Assembly (NCBI GenBank): GCA_042569595.1
Contig: JBHPHI010000002.1
Span: forward strand, 2,590 to 66,589
Direction: 5' to 3'
DNA length: 64,000 nucleotides
From: Patescibacteria group bacterium
GTDB lineage: Bacteria > Patescibacteriota > Microgenomatia > UBA1400 > 2-01-FULL-45-11
Shown: one piece after another, positions 18,612 through 25,467 of the stretch
Layout of the letters: each line of letters opens with the position of its first letter
Position numbering within the stretch: position 1 is the first letter of the stretch
Notes under the pieces: generated by a model
What the model was told of the DNA's origin: nothing
Database searches by the model: none
The model's input: the letters and a program-made list of their open reading frames with translations, nothing else
Position numbers and translations under genes: made by a program

Positions 18612-20270
18612 ATGCGCTGGAATATTATTCAACAAATTACAAGCAAAAACAAAAAAACTAGAACAAAAGAAATTGTAAAAAAAATATTAAAAAATCGTGA
18701 ATTAATTTCAAAAAATCAGATAGATAGATTTCTAAGCACTAAAGACCCACTTAGCATTTCTTTAAAAGAAGTAGATATTGACTCAAAACAAGTAAGCATT
18801 GCCATTACTAGAATTAAAGAGGCAATAGAAAATAAGGAAGAAATTATTGTTTTTGGAGATTACGATGCAGATGGAATTACTGCAACGGCTATTTTATGGG
18901 AAACGCTGCATGAATTAGGGGCAAGAGTACTTCCATTTATTCCCCACAGAGAAAAACATGGATATGGATTATCCACAAAGGCAATAGACAGTCTTCTAGA
19001 AGACAAAGACCCTAAATTGATTATTACGGTAGACAACGGCATTGTTGCTCATGAGGCAGTAGATTATATAAAACAAAAAAACATTGACTGCATTATCACC
19101 GATCATCATGTTAGTTCAGACTCACTTCCAAAAGCAGACGCAATCATACATACCACTAAATTAGCAGGGGCCGGAGTTTCTTGGATATTCTCAAGAGAGA
19201 TAATAAAAAAACTAAACAAAGAAGAAATAGAAACATCAAAAAACACCCTAGATCTGGCAACAATTGGAACAGTTGCAGATCAAGTACCTTTAATTGAGAA
19301 TAATAGGAATATTGTTAAAGCAGGTCTAATTTTTTTAAAAAACACAAAAAGACCAGGACTCTTAGCTTTATTTAAACAATCAGACTTTGATCCAAAGGTT
19401 TTAAGTGCCTATCACATCAATTATATTATCGGTCCAAGAATTAATGCGATGGGAAGATTAGCTCACGGACTAGACTCCCTCAGGATTCTATGCACAAAAA
19501 ACAATACGCAAGCAAAAAACTTAGCAGATTTATTAAGCGACACAAACAAAGAAAGACAAGACATTACTTTCGAACTGCTTCAATTAGCCAAAGAGGTTGT
19601 AGGGGAGGTTGAAGGAAAACTAATTATAGTTGATCACAGCGACTTTCATGAAGGAGTAATAGGTCTGGTAGCAGGAAAATTAGCAGAAACACACTATCGT
19701 CCAAGTATTGTTATTGGAAAAGGGAAAAAAACCTCAAAAGCTTCCGCAAGATCAGTGAAAGGAATAAATATAATCGAGCTTATTCGAAAAGCGGAAGATT
19801 TACTCATAAATGCCGGAGGTCATCCGATGGCTGCCGGTTTCACTATAGAGACAGGTAAAATTAGTGAGTTTAAAAAAGTTTTATTAGAAATTGCGAGGAA
19901 AGAAATCGATGAGGAACTACTTACTCCTCTTATTTCTATTGACTGTCAAATAAACATCGAAGACATTAGCTGGGAATTATTTGAGTCGCTTAAGGGTTTA
20001 GAGCCGCACGGAATGGGAAATAAAAAACCCGTGTTTTGTATTAAGAATGTTAAGGTTTTAGAAAAAATGACAATCGGTAGAGATAAAAATCACTTAAAGA
20101 TTATTTTGCCTTCAGAAGTAAAAAAACAAACATCTATAGAAGCTTTGTGGTTCGGACATGGTCAAGATTCAGACAATATTAAAGATGAAGTAAACATAGC
20201 CTTCACTGTTGATGAAAACACTTGGAACGGCAGATCGAAACTACAACTTTTCATAAAAGACATCCAATAA
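18612..20270 (+). CDS. recJ: single-stranded-DNA-specific exonuclease RecJ (DHH/DHHA1)
   Basis: VFGDYDADGITA, DHH (ITDHH) and a DHHA1 region (GGGHPMAAG). Confidence 0.85.
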   Translation: MRWNIIQQITSKNKKTRTKEIVKKILKNRELISKNQIDRFLSTKDPLSISLKEVDIDSKQVSIAITRIKEAIENKEEIIVFGDYDADGITATAILWETLHELGARVLPFIPHREKHGYGLSTKAIDSLLEDKDPKLIITVDNGIVAHEAVDYIKQKNIDCIITDHHVSSDSLPKADAIIHTTKLAGAGVSWIFSREIIKKLNKEEIETSKNTLDLATIGTVADQVPLIENNRNIVKAGLIFLKNTKRPGLLALFKQSDFDPKVLSAYHINYIIGPRINAMGRLAHGLDSLRILCTKNNTQAKNLADLLSDTNKERQDITFELLQLAKEVVGEVEGKLIIVDHSDFHEGVIGLVAGKLAETHYRPSIVIGKGKKTSKASARSVKGINIIELIRKAEDLLINAGGHPMAAGFTIETGKISEFKKVLLEIARKEIDEELLTPLISIDCQINIEDISWELFESLKGLEPHGMGNKKPVFCIKNVKVLEKMTIGRDKNHLKIILPSEVKKQTSIEALWFGHGQDSDNIKDEVNIAFTVDENTWNGRSKLQLFIKDIQ

Positions 20271-20339
20271 AAAACCCCCGCTTTAATATTGCAATTAATA
20301 AAAAAGCAAGGATTTTTCTGTGCGACTATGGCGAATAAC

Positions 20340-20400
20340 ATCACCTGTCAAATGATTAAAAGTTAAGTTGTTAACCTCTAATCATTAATTGACAGGTGAT
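20340..20400. other. long imperfect hairpin (about 19-bp stem with a 3-nt bulge) in the recJ / Cys-peptide convergent intergenic region
   Basis: ATCACCTGTCAAATGATTA (20340-20358) pairs with TAATCATTAATTGACAGGTGAT (20379-20400). A second 8-bp hairpin (GAGCCTTG...CAAGGCTC) lies at 20419-20446. Confidence 0.5.
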
Positions 20401-20471
20401 GCGTGGTTTCGGAGGAACGAGCCTTGCGGCTCAAGCAACAAGGCTCATTCCACGAAATTGTCAATTAAAAT

Positions 20472-20627
20472 TCATTTATGAAAGCCTTTTGAGCAAGATA
20501 TGCAAGTTTGACCTTCTTGGGTCACTTCAATCCTGCAAGAGCACCCACAAGCGCAAGTAGGTGGTTTTTTTTGTATTACTCTGCCTTCCTTTTTTTTCTT
20601 AACCTTTTTTTTCAAGGGTGGGCTCAT
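20472..20627 (-). CDS. small Cys-rich protein B (51 aa; basic N-terminus, putative zinc-ribbon CxxC-x10-CxxC)
   Basis: ATG at 20627..20625 is preceded by a perfect SD (TTAAGGGAGGCAAAAAAATG). Product MSPPLKKKVKKKKEGRVIQKKPPTCACGCSCRIEVTQEGQTCISCSKGFHK. Paralogous to the gene immediately upstream. Confidence 0.6.
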   Translation of the reverse strand: MSPPLKKKVKKKKEGRVIQKKPPTCACGCSCRIEVTQEGQTCISCSKGFHK

Positions 20628-20644
20628 TTTTTTGCCTCCCTTAA

Positions 20645-20806
20645 CTAACACAAGCCTGAGCGACAAGGCGCACACATGGTGTCACCAGGCTCAGCTTGTC
20701 GAGTACAACTCCCACATCCATGTGCTCCGCTTACGCAAACGCATGCTTGGGTGTTATTTTCGAAATTTGGTTTTTTGGTTGTATCAACTTCATCAGTTTC
20801 ATCCAT
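20645..20806 (-). CDS. small Cys-rich protein A (53 aa; acidic N-terminus, putative zinc-ribbon CxxC-x10-CxxC, 7 Cys)
   Basis: ATG at 20806..20804 is preceded by SD GAGGAGAAATCTGATG. Product MDETDEVDTTKKPNFENNTQACVCVSGAHGCGSCTRQAEPGDTMCAPCRSGLC. Its stop lies 18 nt before the SD/ATG of peptide B. Confidence 0.6.
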   Translation of the reverse strand: MDETDEVDTTKKPNFENNTQACVCVSGAHGCGSCTRQAEPGDTMCAPCRSGLC

Positions 20807-20854
20807 CAGATTTCTCCTCGGTCTAGTTTGAATACGACTGAATACAGTAATAGG

Positions 20855-20897
20855 GGTCTCAGGGAATGGTTGAACCAAGACCAAAGTCCCTGAGACC
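20855..20897. other. perfect 11-bp hairpin in the 5' leader of the Cys-peptide operon
   Basis: GGTCTCAGGGA (20855-65) and TCCCTGAGACC (20887-97) flank a 21-nt loop. Confidence 0.5.
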
Positions 20898-20903
20898 TTG
20901 TTC

Positions 20904-20951
20904 CTAAAGGTGCAATTGACTTCTTGGCCATCTGCTTTTCACTACGCGCAT
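20904..20951 (-). CDS. 15-codon upstream ORF (MRVVKSRWPRSQLHL) with a perfect Shine-Dalgarno sequence
   Basis: On the minus strand, AAGGAGGTGTCAACCA ATG CGC GTA ... TAG. It lies between the tRNA-like gene and the hairpin/Cys-peptide genes. Confidence 0.3.
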   Translation of the reverse strand: MRVVKSRWPRSQLHL

Positions 20952-20979
20952 TGGTTGACACCTCCTTTTATGGGATTTA

Positions 20980-21129
20980 GGTGCGGCTGTCAGGAATCGA
21001 ACCTGCACTGGGAGCTCATTACTATTTGAGTGTCTAATTAAGGTGGTTCAGGCCCACACTTAAATAGTAATTAACTTGTTCCCTAAGCGTTTCACAAACG
21101 CTCGCTTTACCACTTCGCCACAGCCGCAC
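20980..21129 (-). tRNA. tRNA-His(GUG)-like gene carrying a roughly 75-80-nt insertion between the anticodon stem and the T-arm; possible intron-containing tRNA or pseudo-tRNA
   Basis: Minus strand has acceptor GCGGCTG/CAGCCGC (7 bp, extendable to 9), U8, a D-loop AGTGGTAAA, anticodon stem AGCGT/ACGCT, loop TTGTGAA (anticodon GTG), T-arm GCAGG-TTCGATT-CCTGA, discriminator A and CC. An extra 79 nt follows the anticodon stem and folds into a 15-bp hairpin (TTACTATTTAAGTGT/ACACTCAAATAGTAA). The D-stem is weak at 2 bp. Confidence 0.4.
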
Positions 21130-21183
21130 ACAACAATCAAAACTTAATTGCTTTGTGCGACTGTGAATATGTTAATGTGCAAT

Positions 21184-21225
21184 AAAAAACCTCCCTTGTT
21201 GGGAGGTCGTTTGTGTTATTTTTTG
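21184..21225. terminator. bidirectional rho-independent terminator
   Basis: AAAAAACCTCCCttgttGGGAGGtcgtttgtgttatttttt. It is a GC hairpin flanked by A-run and T-run. Confidence 0.6.
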
Positions 21226-21359
21226 TCTAAACTCTTTTACACCACAACCTCCGCTAGCTCTTAATAAGAGCAAAACGATTAATAAGTTGGTGGGTCTTGC
21301 TAGACAATTTCATTACGAAAGCATAATATCATACACATTTAATGTGTTAAAGACTAAAA

Positions 21360-21388
21360 TTGACCATAAAGAATAAAAGAAGTAGAAT
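21360..21388 (+). promoter_or_regulatory. sigma70-like promoter for the aspS leader
   Basis: TTGACC, 17-nt spacer, TAGAAT. Confidence 0.45.
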
Positions 21389-21394
21389 CACAGT

Positions 21395-21547
21395 GAATTA
21401 AAAAACGATTGAGCTTGTTGACAGCGAGCGAGTTGGAGAGGGTAGCAACTCTTCCGGGTAAGCCCGTGACAGCAGGAACAAGTCCTCGTGTTGAGGAATT
21501 AGGTGGCACCACGCGACAGCGTCCTTTAGTCGGGTGGTTTTTTTGTA
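21395..21547 (+). promoter_or_regulatory. T-box riboswitch leader (Asp specifier) upstream of aspS
   Basis: Stem I carries a GA/K-turn-like AGCGAGCGA and a distal GGAGAGGGTAGCAACTCTTCC. The specifier-loop candidate is GTGACAG (GAC then A). The conserved T-box sequence AATTAGGTGGCACCACGCG is at 21497-21515; its UGGC bulge would pair with a G73 discriminator. A terminator hairpin plus T-run ends near 21546. The Asp-tRNA synthetase gene starts at 21569. Confidence 0.65.
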
Positions 21548-21568
21548 ATTAAATAAGCAAAGGAAACT

Positions 21569-23440
21569 ATGAAAAGAACTCTTACAACAAAAACAAAAGA
21601 GTTGGTAGGAAAAAAAGTAAAACTTCAAGGCTGGGCAGATACCGTTAGAGATCATGGAAAAGTTGCCTTTATTGATTTGAGGGACAGGGCGGGAATCGTT
21701 CAGGTTGTCGGTGGCAAAGAATTGGGAAAACTGGGAGGAGAAGATGTTTTAGAAATATTGGGAGTGGTTAAAAAAAGACCTGACAATCTTGTTAATCCTA
21801 AAATTGAAACAGGCACAGTTGAAATAGAAGCAAAAGAAATAACTGTAATCACAAAATCAAAAGAACTTCCTATTCCAATAAACTCAGATGGATATGAAAT
21901 TGACGAAAAGATTAGAAACAAGTATCGCTACATTGATCTAAGAAGACAGAGAATGAACAAGAACATGAAAATTCGTTCAAAGGTTGTAAATTTTTTCAGA
22001 AATTATCTTATAGAAAATGAGGATTTTATAGAAGTTGAAACCCCAATGCTAACAAAATCTACTCCAGAAGGTGCAAGAGATTTTTTGGTTCCAAGCAGGC
22101 TACAGCACGGGAAATTTTATGCTCTTCCACAATCTCCACAACAATATAAACAATTACTGATGGTTGCAGGCCTTGAAAGATATTTTCAACTTGCAAAATG
22201 CTTCAGAGATGAAGATCCTAGGGCAGACAGGGCTTATGGAGAATTTACACAGCTAGATATAGAAATGTCTTTTGTTACCCAAGAAGATATTTTACAAATA
22301 ATTGAAAAAATGTTTACAAAACTTGTAAAAGAAATATTCCCAGAAAAACACATTAGTCAGTCTCCATGGCCAAGAATTCCCCACAAAGAAGCAATGGAAA
22401 AATACGGATCCGATAAGCCAGATCTTAGAAAAGACAAAAATGATCCAAATGAATTGGCATTTTCTTGGACAGTAGACTTCCCACTTTTTACTGAGCAGTC
22501 AGACGATGACTTTTTTCACGGCTCAGGTAGCGCAAAGTTTGCCCCAAGTCACCACATGTTTACATCTCCACGCCCAGAGGATATTGAGTTATTAGATAAG
22601 GACCCACTAAAAGTAAGAGGCCTGCAGCACGACTTAGTTTTAAACGGTTTTGAAGTAGGTGGTGGAAGCATTAGGATTCACGATCCAAAAATCCAAGAAA
22701 AAGTTTTTGAGTTGATAGGGTTTTCAGAGGAGCAGAAGAAAGAGTTTTCACACATGCTTGAAGCATTTACGTACGGCGTTCCTCCTCATGGAGGTATCGC
22801 TCCAGGAGTTGATAGGTTTGTATATGTAGCTTTAGGAGAGCCTAGTATCCGAGAAGTTATGGCTTTTCCTACTTCATCCTCAGGCGCTACGGCGGTAATG
22901 AGCGCTCCATCAGTGGTCGATCAAGATCAATTAGATGAGTTGGGAATTTCTACCTCAACAACTTCAGTTGATGAAAAAAAATCTCCATACGAAAATCTTG
23001 TAACTTACTTAAGTAAAAGAAAAATCAAATACAAAGAATTCGAACATAAACCCGTAAAAACTAGTGAAGAGGCTGCAAGGGAAAGGGGAACGGATCTCAA
23101 GCAAGGAGCAAAAGCTTTAGTGATGTATGCGGACAAAAATCCAGTAATGTTAGTTGTTTCTGCAGCAACAAAAGTAGACTTTAAATTATTTAAAAAGGCT
23201 TTTTCTGTAAAAGATCTACGTATGGCAACACCAGAGGAAGCATTAAAACTTACGGGGATTAAAATTGGAGCAATACATCCAATTGGAGTTTTATTTAATC
23301 TACCAACATATATTGATGAAAAGCTTTCTGAAAATGGTTCAGTTATTTTTAATGCAGGAGAACACACGAAATCATTTGAAATTAAATATAAAGATCTTGT
23401 ATTAGCAACACAACCAAACACAGAAAGCTTTACAAAATGA
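21569..23440 (+). CDS. aspS: aspartyl-tRNA synthetase, bacterial type but lacking the GAD insertion, fused to a C-terminal YbaK/ProX-like aminoacyl-tRNA deacylase domain
   Basis: N-terminal OB fold, motif 2 (FRDEDPRADRAYGEFTQLDIEMSF) and motif 3 (GGIAPGVDRFV). YGSDKPDLR is followed almost directly by WTVDFPLF, so there is no GAD domain. The C-terminal 170 aa (ENLVTYLSKRKIKYKEFEHKPVKTSEEAA...IGAIHPIGV...PTYIDEKL...) match the YbaK/ProX deacylase pattern. Confidence 0.8.
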   Translation: MKRTLTTKTKELVGKKVKLQGWADTVRDHGKVAFIDLRDRAGIVQVVGGKELGKLGGEDVLEILGVVKKRPDNLVNPKIETGTVEIEAKEITVITKSKELPIPINSDGYEIDEKIRNKYRYIDLRRQRMNKNMKIRSKVVNFFRNYLIENEDFIEVETPMLTKSTPEGARDFLVPSRLQHGKFYALPQSPQQYKQLLMVAGLERYFQLAKCFRDEDPRADRAYGEFTQLDIEMSFVTQEDILQIIEKMFTKLVKEIFPEKHISQSPWPRIPHKEAMEKYGSDKPDLRKDKNDPNELAFSWTVDFPLFTEQSDDDFFHGSGSAKFAPSHHMFTSPRPEDIELLDKDPLKVRGLQHDLVLNGFEVGGGSIRIHDPKIQEKVFELIGFSEEQKKEFSHMLEAFTYGVPPHGGIAPGVDRFVYVALGEPSIREVMAFPTSSSGATAVMSAPSVVDQDQLDELGISTSTTSVDEKKSPYENLVTYLSKRKIKYKEFEHKPVKTSEEAARERGTDLKQGAKALVMYADKNPVMLVVSAATKVDFKLFKKAFSVKDLRMATPEEALKLTGIKIGAIHPIGVLFNLPTYIDEKLSENGSVIFNAGEHTKSFEIKYKDLVLATQPNTESFTK

Positions 23441-23452
23441 TACTGCATTAAA

Positions 23453-24367
23453 ATGCGACATACATACATAGGCCTAGGAATATTTGCGACAATTTTACTG
23501 TATTATCCTGGACATAACTCTTTTCAAACAAAGATAGTAAAAACTGGAGAGTCAAAAGTAAAAGGTGTAAATATTGAAATTGAGAAAAATGATCTTCCAA
23601 CAATCAGAAAAGACATAATTTATCCGGAAATTTCCGCAACTGCTGCAATCGCAATAGACCCTAAATCATCAGTAGTTCTTTTTGAAAAAAATTCCGATGT
23701 TAGAAAACTTCCAGCATCAACAACGAAAATAATGACAGCCCTAGTAGTATTAGATGAGTACGACTTAGGTGATGTAATAACAATTGGGAACGAAAATTTA
23801 TCAATTGGAAACAAAAGCTACTTAGTTCGTGGAGAAAGAATTACAGTAATCAATCTCCTATACGCACTTTTAGTCAGCTCAGGAAATGACGCAGCTCTCG
23901 CCCTTGCCCAAAACCACCCAAAAGGTTACAACTTTTTCATTAGTCAAATGAATCAAAAAGCAAAAGACTTGCACCTAAAAAATTCTAATTTTACAAATGT
24001 ATCTGGTCTTGAGCAGCCAAATCATTATATGTCCGCAAGAGACCTGGCAATTCTCACGAAAGAGGCTTTAAAAAACAACATAATCCTAGACGTTGTATCC
24101 ACAAAAAGAATATTTATAGAAAGTATTGAGGGGGATCAAGTTCACGTTCTGGAAAATACAAATGAACTTCTAGGGAAAATAGATGGCTTGATGGGAGTAA
24201 AAACTGGGTGGACTTTCAGGGCTGGGGAGTGCCTAGTTTCTTATATTGAGAGAGATGGTAGGGAGGCAATCTTGGTTATTCTTGAAAGCAATGATAGATT
24301 TGGTGAAAGTGAAAAGATAATCGATTGGATATATTCAAACTATGAATGGATATCATTCCCAATATAA
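23453..24367 (+). CDS. dacA: D-alanyl-D-alanine carboxypeptidase (S11, PBP5-like)
   Basis: SxxK (ASTTKIM), SGN (SSGND) and KTG (KTGWT) motifs. N-terminal signal/TM. Confidence 0.8.
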   Translation: MRHTYIGLGIFATILLYYPGHNSFQTKIVKTGESKVKGVNIEIEKNDLPTIRKDIIYPEISATAAIAIDPKSSVVLFEKNSDVRKLPASTTKIMTALVVLDEYDLGDVITIGNENLSIGNKSYLVRGERITVINLLYALLVSSGNDAALALAQNHPKGYNFFISQMNQKAKDLHLKNSNFTNVSGLEQPNHYMSARDLAILTKEALKNNIILDVVSTKRIFIESIEGDQVHVLENTNELLGKIDGLMGVKTGWTFRAGECLVSYIERDGREAILVILESNDRFGESEKIIDWIYSNYEWISFPI

Positions 24368-25426
24368 TCATTCAATAAGTTCTTGAATCCACACAGGGTC
24401 GACAGCAGGAACTATAGCCTTAAATCCTTCATCTCCAGTGAAAATATATACCGGCTGTAGGTAGTTTTGAGGCTCATATGAGTCATAAAAACCTAATTTA
24501 GCCGATCGAACAGTAACACTCCCTTCATTTGGACTTGAGACAATATGTCCTCCTCCAGAAACAAGTTCCTCCCACGCAGATACACCAGCTTTTACGGGAT
24601 ACGTTTCAGCACTCTCGATATCTACAGGGAAATAATCATATTCTACTTGGGCCACTCGTTGACCTTGCTCTCGTGACCCAGAAAGAATGACTCGCACAAT
24701 TCCCTTATCCTCTGTTGTGGTAACATTTTCAAACCCTTCATCAATTTCGTTTCTAAATAGATCCACTTGCACAAAATCTGCCTCTGATAAACTTGACACA
24801 ACCTTAAAACCTTTCCCTTTTGCAGCTAAGAAGGTAACAATGTATCCACCTTCATCCATGTCTCTTTCTAGTAAGTCAGCCTTATTTAAATAGTTTCTAA
24901 CCTCACTTAAAGCTTGGCTTTCATTTGGTAAAAATTTCTGTTGTAAGAAATTTTTATTTTCGTACCAATCAAGTTTCATTTTAAAGTTGCCCGTAACGAT
25001 ATCATAATCAAGCCGTGACGGAATTGGAGTAGTTCTACTGAATCTATACAACCGCTCGTTTAAGGCTTCAGGTTCAAAAACAAATCCTAAACTTGCTGCT
25101 GTTTGAGTTCCTCTTTCAAGTCCTAAAAGGTTTGGTCTTGTAATAGGCATAAAATATACATTTGCTTTATCCATTGGAGTAGGTATTGTGCCACTTACAG
25201 TTTCGAGATGGTATTCAATTTCTGGCCTCTTTTGTTTTGGAAATTTCATAGGAGGTAGTTTTCCGTGACCTACTGTTGGAGGTGGGGGAGGAGGTGGGTT
25301 TAGTTCTTTGTATAAATTAATCGCAGCCCCTAAAACTATTCGACCAATTATCAAGACCACCAAACTAATCGATCCATATCGAATACCTTTTCTTGTGTAG
25401 TAAGCCACTTCCCATAATCTCGCCAT
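24368..25426 (-). CDS. hypothetical membrane-anchored secreted protein with poly-Pro linker
   Basis: The start is taken at MARLWEV... (25426), just before the TM helix (ISLVVLIIGRIVLGAAINLY). A PPPPPPPT stretch follows and the remaining domain is unrecognised. The ORF track start at 25516 is an alternative. Confidence 0.45.
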   Translation of the reverse strand: MARLWEVAYYTRKGIRYGSISLVVLIIGRIVLGAAINLYKELNPPPPPPPTVGHGKLPPMKFPKQKRPEIEYHLETVSGTIPTPMDKANVYFMPITRPNLLGLERGTQTAASLGFVFEPEALNERLYRFSRTTPIPSRLDYDIVTGNFKMKLDWYENKNFLQQKFLPNESQALSEVRNYLNKADLLERDMDEGGYIVTFLAAKGKGFKVVSSLSEADFVQVDLFRNEIDEGFENVTTTEDKGIVRVILSGSREQGQRVAQVEYDYFPVDIESAETYPVKAGVSAWEELVSGGGHIVSSPNEGSVTVRSAKLGFYDSYEPQNYLQPVYIFTGDEGFKAIVPAVDPVWIQELIE

Positions 25427-25467
25427 ATGCTTTTGAGTATAGCTTTCCCCTCTGGTACAATCAAGAC

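Noticed and set aside
20472-20806. Cys-rich peptides as zinc-binding ribosomal proteins (bL32/bL33/bL36/bS14) or as lanthipeptide/ranthipeptide precursors
   Set aside because: Neither peptide has the family-specific motifs. There is no CxxCG as in bL32, no bL36 C-x2-C-x12-C-x4-H, and the N-termini are wrong. No LanB/C/M or rSAM-SPASM maturase is anywhere in the window. The RiPP idea is kept only as a low-probability alternative.
20472-20884. Single longer ORFs 20645..20884 and 20472..20675 from the ORF track, and a possible frameshift joining them
   Set aside because: The track ORFs start at TTG/GTG alternative codons. Internal ATGs with perfect SDs at 20806 and 20627 define two separate short genes. 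The gene A stop plus the gene B SD fit tandem genes, not a frameshift.
20955-20970. Plus-strand CACCTCCTTT resembling the 3' end of 16S rRNA
   Set aside because: No 16S-like sequence precedes it. It is the reverse complement of a minus-strand Shine-Dalgarno sequence (AAGGAGGTG) in front of the 15-codon uORF.
20900-21130. tmRNA (ssrA) hypothesis for the tRNA-like 5' and 3' halves separated by an insert
   Set aside because: The total length of about 150 nt is far below even minimal tmRNAs, which run to about 250 nt or more. No tag-peptide reading frame (ANDENYALAA-like) or pseudoknot series is present. The internal part contains a clean anticodon arm with GTG, which tmRNA lacks.
21398-21655. 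Minus-strand 85-aa ORF overlapping the aspS leader and start
   Set aside because: It lies antisense to the T-box leader and to the aspS 5' end. It has no SD and its composition is that of a reverse-strand artefact.
25393-25467. Extended N-terminus of gltX
   Set aside because: GluRS homology begins at MNKTRVRIAPSPTG (25468). The upstream 25 codons are antisense to the likely start of the divergent minus-strand gene.
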